Shown here piece after piece: positions 38,034 through 51,008 of a stretch of DNA of 64,000 nt. Location: the NCBI GenBank assembly GCA_001662655.1, contig KV460206.1. The stretch is one strand, 5' to 3'. Origin of the DNA: Pseudogymnoascus verrucosus (Eukaryota). Position numbers and translations under genes: made by a program. Positions within the stretch are counted from its first letter, which is position 1. Each line of letters opens with the position of its first letter. The notes beneath the pieces were generated by a model, which was not told the origin of the DNA, ran no database searches, and saw nothing but the letters and a program-made list of their open reading frames with translations.

Positions 38034-39501
38034 ATGGTTCTCTCGTCGTCCCTCGTCGTTCGCCATGCCATCCTTACTTCCTACACGCCCTGAGTGACCG
38101 CATGCACTGGTGGTGCTTTGGGTGTTCTACCTCCTCTCTCCTTCATCTCTCACTCGCTACCGCAAGTTTTTGGATCCATCAACCCCCCTCTGCGTTTGGA
38201 TTTTGAGTTTTTCAAGCATTGCACGTATTTTCTTGGTTCGGGATGCATATAATTTGGACAAAAAGGGCCGGCAGGCAGGCAGGCAGCGGAGCAGGCAGGG
38301 CAAAAAAGGCATAGGCGTGGACAATGAATGGTGCATTGCATCTTTTATTTGCAAAAAGGGGCAAACCAAACAAACAAAAAACTATAAATACTAACTCTTT
38401 TATTGGATTGGGGAGGGTGACTGGTGGTGGAGGGGATGGATGGATGTATTAATAGACAGACCTAAGCCCCGGCCGGGAAAGTAGATTCGGAAATGTGAAT
38501 CTGATACCCTCCCTCATGGATTGTTTGTTATAAGAAAGTGCAGAAGGGTTGTGATGTGACTATGTGCTTAGGATGCTACGTGTCAACAACAACAACTATT
38601 ACATAGTATCTTACCTATGATTGATTGGGACCTTCACACAGCCAACTACTTCACTGAATTCACAGCACGAAAACAAGCAAGAATCTATACACTCTCCTCT
38701 GAATTCACTCCAACACTCTACAACTAACTAACAACAGTGCGAGATACGCAAGCCTCAGCCCACGATCCAAGAACAATGAGTAGTCGTAGAAAGTAACAGT
38801 ACTAATCCAACACACCAACAAACAGCCGTGCGTGCTGTCCAAGAACCCCTCCCTGTATTCCAACACCCAAACGAGGAGGAGCTGCTGTATGCAAGACGAG
38901 TTGGATATCTCCTATCCGAAAAAAGGGTCGGTTTTCTGCGATAGTGGTGTAAGAGATATCATCCAAGACATCATATTCGAACGGTTGTAATCAATGCTAT
39001 CTGTCAAACTGTCGTGGAAAGAAAGCAATGTTGAATCTCAGAACACTGTCAGTGAGCGAGGCGTATTGTAAAGTGTTCGAGCTGCTGTGTGTTTGCGCTA
39101 TTAAGAGTGGAGGTGTTCCGAGAGGTCGGATCTAGACCAGTTCTGTCGCACCGCCAGCGCGATGGCGGCGGTCGAGGAGAGTAAATAGGTTGGTTGGTGG
39201 TAATAATAATATGTTGTACAAGGCGAGAAGGAAGGACCAAGAAATCGTATGTTCGTGGGACCCGATACAGCGGGCTCAGTGAAACAATCAGGCCCCTCTC
39301 TATGCAATGCCCATGAAAGGTAAAGAGCGCCGGGAAATCGAATGCTGTGCGAAAATGCTGCTGGTGACAAGGAAAAGGCGCCTGGTGATGCAATGTGCTG
39401 TGCTGGGGGATAACGATGAACTCCTGACAAAATGAGATGGTATCCTGCACTCTCAAGTTGATATCTCAACAAGAGGTAGTGCGGGTGTGGGTGGCGTTGT
39501 G

Positions 39502-41189
39502 CTAGCTAGCCAGTGCCTCCGAGTTCCCTGCGCCGCCCTGAACGTTGGTATGTTTCACGTCCTGGTTTTGAGTCGCTTTGTGCTGCGCAACTGTAGGCAG
39601 TGGGTAAGTCGGAGACGCTGGCTGGTCATCTTGTGCATAACCGTCATAATCATCATCATTATAATAGTACCTCTCGCCTGAACCGTGAGGTGCATGGCTT
39701 GAACCGGCCGATGCGTGACGCCCACCTTGGGCTTGGCGGTCTTGGGTAGCTGCCGCGTTCTTCGCACCAGGTTTAGTCCCTTTCTTGCTCTTGCGGCCCT
39801 TCATCTTCGCCTTCTCCAGTAACCTCCGTCTCTCAGCTTCCTGCTTGCGGATGCGCCGATCTTTCATCTCGTATTGCCTGATGAGAGCTTCCGGTGGTGT
39901 GCCGAAGATTCTCTCGTACTCGCAGAACTCGCAGATCCATTCGTCCTCGGGTGCTAGAGGATGGTGATAATTCTGTAGCTCCTGCTGCTCTCGGCGCTGG
40001 CGAGCCGCGATTTGGTACTCCTTCCCTGCCGATCGGCGGTTCTTTTTGGGAGGAACAGGACCCTGTCTCTCTTTAAATTGTTGATTTTGCGACGGATCAA
40101 AGTTTTGCTGTGGAAGGTTTCCATTCGAAATCGGTGGGCTCGTCTGAGTTGCGTGGGTATTCGTCGGTCTTCCGTTAGAGCCATGGGGGGGAGCTTGAGG
40201 CCTCGGCCAGGCTACCGTGCCAGGGACTCGGGAGTCGCAAGTAAAGGTAAACTGTGCAGCGGTAGAGCTCGATTTTCGGGCCGCTTGTTCTTGAAGAAGA
40301 CTCATGTTCTCCTGGCCTCTTGAAACAGGGGCTGAATTGCTTTCGGCATTGGCAATTGCTGTCGAGATAATCCCTGCAGGTTCGCCTGATAACAAACCAT
40401 TAGTAAGATGAATATATTCCTGTAGTGGAACTGGTACTTACCCGGTGACCATGGAGCCTGTCTCTGCCGCGGCGTACGGGCATTACCCCAGTTGGCAGGA
40501 CTATCTGATAAACTTCTAAGCGGGCTCCTTGCGCTTCTAACTCGTCCATAACGCCCCCGTCCTGGGCCAGACAAGCCCTGGACGAGATTGCTGACAGGCG
40601 GGCCATAATATTGCCCGGGGCCGGAACTGGATTCTTCACGGACAGGTGATTCTTCTGTCGTGGGATTTGATATAGCTAAGGACGCCATGTCGTTTGCTTG
40701 TAGTATCCCGTTAGAGATCGCGTCGCCAGGTGTTGGTATCTTCCTTTTCTTCTTGTTGTTTGTATTCTCGAAAGAATCATACCCGTCGGCGGACGATGTC
40801 GTGGATGCTGGCGGATCAGGTTTGGGATATTTGGCAGCCTCTGGTTTTTGAACGAAACGGTACGATCGGCCTGTGGGGTCTGGGGAGTGGCGTGAGTAAC
40901 GACTCCGGTAGGCTAGTTCCGTGTATTCCTCGTCACTATCCACTTCCTTCAGGTTCCGCCTGGATATGTAGTTGTGCTCGACATCATCCTCACGTGTCCT
41001 ATTGACAGGATAAGGTTTAGGGGACCGGTCTTCCTCTGTGGGTGCATGGTAAGGATAGTGAAACAGAGGCGCTATCGCTGGGGCCGTCGGCGGGTATACG
41101 ATGGCGTCTGCCACATTGGGAGAGAGACGCTCACGCAGTCGGCGCTTTGGCATCGGCCGGATGGGGCGGTCGGGGTATGCAGCTGCCAT
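39502..41189 (-). CDS. Conserved fungal protein of unknown function, probably nuclear
   Basis: Motifs IRPMPKRRLRERLS, SSADGYDSFENTNNKKKRKIP and WICEFCEYERIFGTPPEALIRQYE.KDR. An intron at about 40387..40440 joins the two ORFs in frame. The start codon is uncertain. Confidence 0.8.
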
Positions 41190-42665
41190 CGCATCTGGTG
41201 AGAGATCTCGTGTATCTGATGAGTAGTGACCTATAAAGCAGAGAAAGAGAGTTATCAGCCACTGTATGAAGCTGTGGGAACTGCCCATAATCGGTGTAGG
41301 TGAGGTCTATGGGAGTGTCGAAGGGTGGGCGATGTGCTGGCATATGGTCGTGGGGTTTCGGGAAGGAGGGTTAGGCAAACAGGAGGAAAGAGCAAACCTA
41401 CCCATGACAGTCGCGGACATGAGGAAATCGCAGCCAGATCGCTGGAGGGAAGCTTATGGTGACTCTCAGCGTCCTTATTGCATCGAATATTGGGCAAGGT
41501 GTCCCGAGTTGTAGAATTTCGACTGGGGGGGGCCCCTTTCGAGCTTTCGAGGTATTCAAGCAAGCCCTAGAAGACGAACAGAATCCCAATCAGTACGGCG
41601 TCCTCTCTGACATCAACAGAAGCCCGTCGTCCCTTCTCCGGTATGTGGCCGCGATAGTTGATCTAACGGTACCACTATGGGCTGTTGGGGGTTCGGAAAT
41701 GTCGTCCTCGTACCACAGGGTCTTCTTACTAATTACAGTTCCAGCACACAAAACCACTGGAAGGTACTTTAATCGAGCCCCATGAATCGACCCTTGGGAA
41801 AGTTTCCGCGGCGGGCGAAATGTCTACCGGCGACAGATGAAGAGAGCGGAAGTAGCAAAAATGAGGGTATCGATGAGCCAAGTCTGCACAGCGGAATAGC
41901 TCTTTGGAGAGATGTCGGGGGGGAGTTTGTGGTGAGCGGCGATATTTCCTTGAGAATCTTCAACGGCGGTTCATGGACGGGGTACAAAAGTACAACGAAC
42001 AACTCAGAGAGAGACACCACAGCCGAGCATCGAAGGGAGTTGGATGATCAGAGGCTAGTCCTGATCGGGTCATCGGGTTATAGATTCATCTCCAGAGAGG
42101 TTAGTTGCCTTGATTATAAGGTGTTAATTGTATATATATAAGGCACGAAGTTGTTGGAGTAGACTAGAGTAAACTAAGGAGACTAGTTGCCTCGATTATA
42201 AGGTTGCAGTTATAATATAGTCTAGTAGCCTCAATTATAAGGCACAAACCGCATCGGCCCCGCGAGCGATGCGAGAGGAAAGGTGCAAGAGGCACAAGAA
42301 GGTGTCCACCATGTATTTTGCCCATTTCCCTCCTCTCTCCCCCCCCCCCAATGTTCCGCCATGTTGATCTCAACATTCCAAATATCCTTCTTTGCCCTTT
42401 ACTATATAACATTGGCGCGTCCATGATCATTCTGCTTGAATTCTACCATCTATAACTCCATCAATCATCCACTCCATCCATCGCTCTCTCCACCATAGCC
42501 CGTCTTTTAGACTCGGAGCTACCGTGAACGGACAATCGCTGGTCAACACAAGCTCAACCAACAACCAACATCACTCGATACGGGAGCTACGAGTGAGCGA
42601 GGGAGGCTCTACTATAGTGCGAATCCATTAGCCTCCCCGTCATTCTCTTTCTCCCTCCCGAAACA

Positions 42666-44935
42666 ATGGCAGGCACATCCCCTCGCCGTTCCATCCGCTC
42701 TCGTCCCCTCACACAGCAAAATTCGAACTCACACCACTCCTCGGCCTCTTCGAACTCATCCAGCAGAGGAGAGCGGAATACACGAACATCTGCGAAGGCC
42801 GAATCGCCGCGGAAGCTCACCTCGAACGAATCGCTCTCCTCTGAGCCTCTCGACGACAGAGTCGCGTCGTCCATCGAGGAGTCGCTATCGACACGCCGGC
42901 GGAAACGTGGGCAGACGGACGAACAAGATAAAGAATTGAAAGACAAGCGATCAGACATGCCTAACGGCATCAGCGAACCTGTCGGCGAGGATGACGAGGC
43001 CGTTCGCTGCATCTGTGGCAGCGACGACTACCCGGGCCCGCCTCAGATCAGCGACGAGGACAAGAAGGGCATCAAAGAAGTCGTCGAACCCGACCTTATA
43101 ACCCCCGAAGACTACACCGAGGATCTGGCCGGGTTTTTCTTGCAATGCGACATGTGCAAGGTATGGCAGCACGGCGGCTGCGTCGGGATCAAGAACGAGG
43201 ACATGAGCCCCGACGAATACTTTTGCGAACTATGCCGCAGCGACCTTCACAAAGTCTTTACAGCCTCCAATGGGTGAGTTTTCCCATATCCTCTGATTGC
43301 GCAGCATCGCGCGCGCAACAGTAAGCGTCGCGAGACGTGGCGCAGCCTTATGAGACCAGGCTGTCGCAATCCTCCCCTCCAACCCATCCCCAACCTCAAA
43401 CGCATTGCCCGCAACTCGCAAGCTCTCCCAGACCGAATTCTCTAACATGTCGCGACTTAGGCAAAAATACTCGCACTACCTCCCCCTCTACCAACACCAA
43501 CACCAGCAGCACCAGACAACGCTGTCGCGCAGCACCAGCCGCGCCAGCCGCGCTGCCTCCTTCTCGAAAGACGGCACGCGCTCTCCCCGCGCAGGGAGCA
43601 AGAACGGCCGCCCGACATCGAGCAGCATGATGAGCGCGAACCAGAAGCGACGCTCCACGATGAACAGCCGCGACGCTGCGTACGACGAGGAAGAGCAGCT
43701 GCGCCGCGCAATCGAGGCGAGCAAGGGCGAGAAGTCGGAGAGCACCGACGGCGGTGGTGGCACAAGGCGCAAACGCGGCCGTAGCGATAGCGAGGAGTAA
43801 GTCTAGCCTCCTTCCTTTCATGTCCCGCCTTCAAATACTCATACTAACCCCCGCGCGCAGAAAGCCAGACTTCCCCAAGCGCCAACGCACGCTCTCGAAC
43901 TCCCCCTCCCCCCAGAAAGAAGCCCCCACCCCCTTCGGCCCCTCCAACGACTCCGACGATGCGGAGGCAACACGACCGGTAGGCGCGAAGAAGATCCGCG
44001 GCGCAGCGGCACGGAATCATCGCGAGAAGGAGGCGCGAGAGGAGCGGGAGAAGACGAGGCTCGAGGCGGCGAATAAGAGGAAGGGGAGAGCGGAGAGGAG
44101 GAGGGTTGATGGTATGTTCTTCCTACTTCCTACATTATGCACCATGAGAAGACAAATTAACCACTCCCACCCTACAGACCTCGAACCACCAGAAGACCTC
44201 CTCCCCCCCCAACCAACAACCACAAACACATCCGCACCCCCCACCTCCACACCCTCCACAGACGACCAGCCCATCCCCGCTCCCAAACCCCCAGCTTCTA
44301 TACCCCCCTCCTCCCCTCCCCCGCCGAAGACAACACCCTCCACCACCACCACCACTGCCACAACAACCACTACAACAACAACAGCCACTTCCGCCCCCAC
44401 AACAACGACAACAAGCCACAAAAAAGGCGGTCGTCCCCCGCACACCCGCAAGGGGAAGGTGGGGAAAAACCAGTATACCCGCGATCGCGACGTGGAGGAT
44501 AGTAATACCCACATCTCCCCGCGGCGCAGCGAGAGTCGCGAGGGAGGAGGTGCCTCTGGAGCTGGTGGTGGCGGGAGGGGCGGGGAAGAAGGCCGACGAG
44601 GTGGAGGTGGTGGTGGTGGCGGCGGGAGAGGGAAAACGAGTTTACTTGAGATGCGACGCAGGGTGGCGGGGATGTTGGAGTTTATCTCTAGGACGCAGGT
44701 TGAGATGGCTGAGACGGGGGATACGGGGGAGGCGGAGAAGATGGTTAGGGCGCTGGGGGGGGTTGTGGGTGTTGATTTTGGGGGGGGTGCGGGGACGGGG
44801 AATAATGCGGGTGGAAGGGGAGGGGATAATAGGGCTGATGATGATAGGCCGAGGGAGTTTGGGGAGTTGAGTCTTTTGGGGATGATGGATGTGTTGACGG
44901 GGGAGCTGGTTAAGTGGCAGAAGGCTTTTACGTGA
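42666..44935 (+). CDS. CTI6: PHD-finger Rpd3L-associated protein Cti6
   Basis: VRCICG...FFLQCDMCKVWQHGGCVGI...YFCELC, RRSTMNSRDAAYDEEEQLRRAIEASK, GKNQYT and EMRRRVAGMLEFISRTQVEMA. Introns at 43274..43460, 43797..43860 and 44112..44177. Confidence 0.88.
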
Positions 44936-46128
44936 GTATTGTCTCTTGTGTGTGTTTTTTTTTCTTTGGGGGGGGAGGGGATTAATGGGGGGGTATGGGA
45001 TGAGGCAACGAATTGAGGGGGTGGGGTGTTTTGGGAGGGGGGTTGTATTAGGGAAGGGAGGGGTGTTTATATGTATTGTACTTCATTTTTGGGGGGGACA
45101 TGGAATAAAGGGGGATATACCCACGCAGACAGACAGACAGGAGACAGGAGACAGGCAGAGAGGTAGAAATAAAGACGCAACTACTTTTTATAAATACTTC
45201 TACCAGTCTATCTATGAATGGAATGGAGGCTGTGAATTGGGATGATGGGATGGGGTATTTGAATGAGATGAGATGAGTGTCTGATGGCTATGGCTATGGC
45301 TGTGGCGATAGATAGTATATCTTCACAGGTGTTAGACAGTAACTGCTCTTCTTCCTGTGTTTGACAGTAACTGCCCTTCTCACTTCCTTCAACAGGCTCC
45401 ATGTTTGATTTGTTTGATTTGATTGTTATTTCTCATTCTCATTTCTTCTATTTTAAGCCTGGTTCCTGGGTATGTTCGTGTCCAATTTTCCCCTTTCCTC
45501 CGCGCTTGTGGCTATATTCCGAGGTAAGGTAGGTGAGCGAGATCCTTTGCCTTGCCTCCCTTCATCCTGACCGAGTTCATTCTCTCAATCCTGGTTTCCT
45601 TGCTTCTTTCCTTCCTCTCACCCCTCCTTTCGGCGTTATGGTTTTTGTTCAATTTCAGGTACGTCGGTGCCTCTGTGACGCCAGTATAAGTGAGTGGATG
45701 GTATAACCACCCCCATCCCCCCCTTCTTCAAAGTTCCAATAACCTCCCCCCAGGCCAAGAACAAAGAAGAACCGCGCAAGACCCCCCCCAAAAACACAAA
45801 CAAAACAGAAAATAAAACCCAATAAAACCCAATAAAAACCAAAGCAAAGACAAAAACAAAAACAGAAGCATCCCAAACGCCGTCCTGGTAATAGTCCGCA
45901 TCCCGCTCGCTCGCTGGAGAAGAAAGAGATGTTTCGCTTCAATGCATGATTAATCCCCCCCTCCGCAAGCATAACACGCGATGCCGCTTTTTTTCAAAAA
46001 AACACGAAAACAAAAAAACAGAAAAGATCGAGAAGGTGAGAATGGAAAGGCAGGCAGACAGGCAGACAGGCAGACAGGCAAGTCGTGAGGTGAGTAAGCG
46101 AATGAGTCCCAAGACACACACCCCCCTT

Positions 46129-47986
46129 TCACATAACAACCTCCCTAACACTCCCCCCCTCCTCCCTCACCACCCCCCCCCTCACCACCCCCCTCTCATC
46201 CACCGCCGGATACCTAGCCCTCAACTCCAGCTCATCAAGCGGCAAGTGGCTCCTAATATACTTCTCCCTCCCATCATCAATCGGGTTATAATCCCAGCTC
46301 GTGAACTTCCCCTTCGTGAGCGCGGACCACACCAGCGTGCGCTGGCGCTGCGAGTGGTGCACTGAGCGCGTGATGGTTGGGAAATCCCACTTGGCGCTTG
46401 CTTCGGCGCGGAAGGCGGCGAGGGCTGTGGAGGCCTCGGTGGGGGAGGTGGTGGATTTGGTTAAGGCGGAGTAGTTGGTGGTGGAAGAGGCGATGCTCTT
46501 GGAGGGGGGGAGGGCGAGGTTGATGAGCTCGAGGGGGTCGGCGGAGAGGTCGTAGAGCTGCTCGGGGTCGACGGGGCAGGTGACGTATTTCCACTTTCCG
46601 CGACGGATCATCATTAGGGGGGATACGGTGCCTTCGCCGCAGTACTCTGCGTAGGCGGTGTCCTTCGCTGCGTTGGCTGAGGCGCCGCGGAGGAAGGGGT
46701 AGAGACTGTGTCCGTCGATGTCAAGGGTATCCCACAATTTTGTGCCGACGAGGTCGACGAGGGTAGGCAGGATATCCAGTGTCGAGACGTGCGAAGAGAC
46801 GTGGCGGGCTGGGAAGGAGGCAGGGTGATGGATGAGCAGCGGCACGCGGACAGAGGCTTCGAAGAGGGACATCTTATACCACAACCCCCTCTCTCCCAAC
46901 ATATCCCCATGATCGCCGGAGAAGACAATAATAGTATTCTCATCCAACTTACACTTCTTCAGCACCTTCAGCAGCCGGCCAATACAATCATCCACATAGC
47001 TAACCGCGCCATAATACGCGCGCCGCGCCCGCTTAACCTGCTTCTCCGAAATCTCAGCATCCCACAGATCACACACCTTCAAGAGGCGCTTGCTGTGCGG
47101 GTCCTGCTCATCGCGCGGGATCGTCACGGTGGGGGCCACGATGTCGACGTCCTCGTAGAGGTCCCAGTATTGCTCTTCGATGGTGTAGGGGTCGTGGGGG
47201 TGGGTGAGGGAGACCTGTTTAGGACCAATCAGCGAGCTGCGTCGATAGTGAGGTGCAGGAGGGGCGCAGGATAGTCACAAGTAACTAAAACTCTAAACCG
47301 AGACATGGGAAGAAGAATGGGGGGGGGGTACATACCGTCAAGCAGAAGGGCCTGGCCCCGTCGCCCTGGCGCACATGGTCGTACAGGAACTGGGAGCTCT
47401 TATACATGACCTCCTCATCATAATCGAGCTGGTTGCTCCTCACACAGGGTCCAGCCTGCAAGATCGAACTGGCATTATGATACCACTCCAACCTCCGATC
47501 CGGCTCGTCCCAATTGACCATCCACCCGTAATCCCCGGGGTATATATCACTCGTAAGCCTCTTCTCATACCCATGCAGCTGCTCCCCGATAAAATGCATC
47601 TTCCCCGCCAAGGCGGTCTCGTAGCCCGCAGCGCGGAGGTAGTGCGCGTAGGTCGGCACGTCGGGACCGATGCTGTTGGCGTTGTCGTAGGCGCCGATCT
47701 TGGTGGGGAGCTGGCCCGTTACCATGCTCATGCGGGACGGGGCGCAGAGGGGGGAGGGGCAGTAGGCGGAGTCGAAGACGACGGCGGAGGAGGCGAGGGA
47801 GTCGAGGTGCGGGGTCTTGATTTGGGAGGCGGGGTTGTACATCTTCAGGAGGGGAGCGGCCAGTTGGTCCGCCATGATGTAGAGGATGTTTGGCTGTGAG
47901 GGGGGGGTGGACGAAGGGGCGGGGGGAGTGGCGGTGGTGGAGGGGGGGTAGGGGGAGAGGGGGACGGAGTTGAGATCTGGTGCCAT
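46129..47986 (-). CDS. Choline sulfatase (BetC-like, formylglycine-dependent sulfatase)
   Basis: PNILYIMADQL, LCAPSR (CxPxR), GKMHF, LHGYEKRLTSDIYP, VSLTHPHDPY, DHGDMLGERGLWYK and C-terminal WDYNP..YIRSH. Intron at 47215..47335. Confidence 0.92.
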
Positions 47987-50900
47987 GGTGGCGGGTCGCA
48001 GGGAGAGTTGGTGTGGTGGTTGTTTGTTTGTGTGTGGTGGTTGGAGGTGATCGATCGATTGAGTGAGGGTTGCAGATAGTCAGATCGTGGCTGAATCTGG
48101 CGTGGGGGGACCTCGATATTTTTTTTTGGTTGCTTGCTTGCGCTCAAACAGCGGTGGATGTGTGATGCCTTGAAGCTGTGGGTGCGAGTTTGAAGCTGGT
48201 AAAGCTTTGTAAGGTAGTAGAGTAGAAGTAGTCAAGGCAGTAGAGTGGCAAAATAGAGGTATAATGGCTTTGCTGGTGACCTGGTGTAGTCTGGTATAAA
48301 GTGGCAGAGATGGATGGAAGTGACGACAGCTGTAGATACACCGTGGGGATCTGGAGGAATTCACGGTCTCGCGATGGGATGAATGTAAGGAAGAAAGGAA
48401 GGAAATGAAGGAAGGAAGGAAAAAGGAAAGAAAGATGGCGCTTTTGAGGGTGGGGGGAGGAGTTTAGGCTTCTTGGTATTATTCGGGGTGTTCGGAGGAG
48501 GGAGGGTGGAGGAGGGAAAATGGTGGTGGGTGGTGGTGGGTGGTGGTGGGAGGAGGAGGATTTGTTTTCTTGGGGTTGGAAGCTATTACTGATAGGGTAT
48601 GCACCAAGAGGGCGCGAGCGAGGAACGCATAACCGGTGCCGGCGCCTCCTCCACACCAAAGAGCACGAGACACGCGACACGGGGATGGAAGGGACAAAGA
48701 AATACATAATCGAAGACTGATTAGAGCAGAGATGGTTTAATGGACGGATGTACCTTGAGTGTAGTTTGTGAGTGTTTAGGATGTGTTGTTGTTGGATTGG
48801 TGTTGAATCCTCAAAAGTGTCGCTGTCATGGTCGATGAGGACATTCCCCAGTTATAAGATGCCATCCCCTCTATCCCACCTATATCCCCGGAGTTTCTCT
48901 GCACATCCCTCGGCGGTACGTAGTTGTAAGACTGTAGTGGTGTTACTACTAATGCACTACTCTTACGGATAGTCGGGGTATATTGATTGTTTAGTAAGGA
49001 GAAGTATTTACTAAGTATTATCTCTACTGGCTACTGGCTACTCTACTAATTAACTCTACAGATTACTCTACTAGCTAGTTATCTCTACTAACTACTCTAC
49101 TAATCCCCATACTGATTACTCTTACTATCTTACTATATGTACATCCCTTCCTCCTTCATCCTACCTTCCTCCCTCTTACTCAATCAACCACCACCACTGC
49201 CACTACCACCACCACCACCCATGCCTGTCCTGTCACCTGCTGTCACTCACACAAAGAATGCCTCTACACACACCCCCCTCCCCTTGTCTGCTTCCCTCCT
49301 TCCCTCTTATCTCCTCCTCCCCTCCCTCCTCTTATCTCTCTCCTCCCTCCCCATCCCCAGTCTATGCAGCAACAACTACTGTAACTACTACTCTATCTAC
49401 TGTAACCCTACACCTATCCCCCACCATCAGTAGTCAGACATCCAACACCCAAACAACCCCCAGGGTACACAACACACACACACAGACCCCCAATCACACG
49501 ACCAGACAAAAATCCCCCTCTTACTTACCTCCTCCACACCACCAAACCTCGCACACTCTCCGAGCAGAAAAATAAACTATTCTATCCCTGTCTAGCCCTC
49601 CCCCCCATCCCAGCCCATCACCTGATCTCCCTGCTCAACAATTGGTCACCCACCCAGCACTTCCCTCCATCCACTCCCCTCTAGCTCATCCTTCTTCTCT
49701 CTCGTTTCTTGCCCTAGACAGCATTCGGTGGCTCTCATTGACGCTAACCCATTTCTGCCGAAGGGCGGTGAGGGCGGTGAGACGAAAACAATTTTCAGAT
49801 CCCCACCCCACCGTGCCTTACATAACCCTACGACATAGCGTCGTTAGCGTCTGCTTAGCGTCTGTTAGCGTCATAACTCTTTGGGGATTGTTGGGTGTGC
49901 TGGGTAAGCAGGGGTGTGGTGTGTGGTGGGTGTTACCGCCAAGATCGACACTGGTGGTGGGGTGGGGGAAGGGGTGGGGTGAAGAAAGATGGATGGGGAT
50001 GGATGATGGGATTCTAGCTACCTCGCACGTGCTTTTGTGAGATTGAGGGGCGGGATGGTGTGATCTGAGGTGCGAGGGGGGTACGTATATACTTTCTTAC
50101 CCTCCACACGATAGACAGCAGGAGAGTACAGTAAAGGTGTATACGTAGATGGTACGGCTGGTAGTGGGGAGGAGAGGATGGAGAGGGAGGTACTGGTGAT
50201 GTTGCTGTTGCTGGAGTGTGGGGTAGAGGGGTGTGAGGATAGGATGATTCACTTGAGGGATTGGCACGTTAAAAGCCGCACTCATACAGGCAGGTATATT
50301 ACATACATGACGGAGATGTTGGATTCATATGAACACATACTGTATGTACGTACTCGAGCACCTCATCCTCTTTATCCCCTCCATCCCTCCCTCTCACCCG
50401 ACGAACGACTCGGAGGCCCCGTGTGACGCACGTTGTGCGACATATATCCAGACACGACGAGATGAGACAGCCAGACAGACAGGATGTTCACTGCGTATCC
50501 TGCCCTGTGTGAGCTGAGCTGGGTCTGCCCCGATGCACACGCGAGGTGAATCCTTCCGAGTGAGCATGTGAGCTGCGAGTCGTGAGGATGCAGATGCAGG
50601 TGAGGTATATTCGTTGCTCCGAGGTCGGTCGTCGGCGATCGGCAGATGGATAAACAAGGAGTGCAGGAGGAGGTGAACTGTCTCTATTTCCTTTCCGGCT
50701 GGAGAGAGAGCGGAGAGGTGGTGGTGGTGGTGAGGATATTGTGTCCATCTCTGTCCGAGGGAGGTAGGTGAGAAACACCCTCTTCGTCTCCGTCTTTTGC
50801 CAGCGAGGAACCGCGTCTCTTCTCTTCCACCGAACACATCTGCCACCAACATACCCCGTAAACCCGATCATCTCGTATCCATATCTCACCCAAGAATCAA

Positions 50901-51008
50901 ACCCCCTCTTCCCCCTCTCTCCCCCCTCTCCCCAACAATCAACCCCTGGTATAAGAAACCCCAAAAAACGCCAACACCCCCTTTCCCTCCCCTCCTTCTC
51001 CTCCCCTT

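Noticed and set aside
42102..42242. Repeat-spacer pattern superficially like a CRISPR array
   Set aside because: The DNA is eukaryotic, there are only three degenerate copies with very unequal spacers, and there are no cas genes.
48990..49140. TA-rich patch resembling RIP-mutated DNA
   Set aside because: It is short and made of ACTCTACTA-like slippage units with no element ends, so it is treated as low-complexity sequence.
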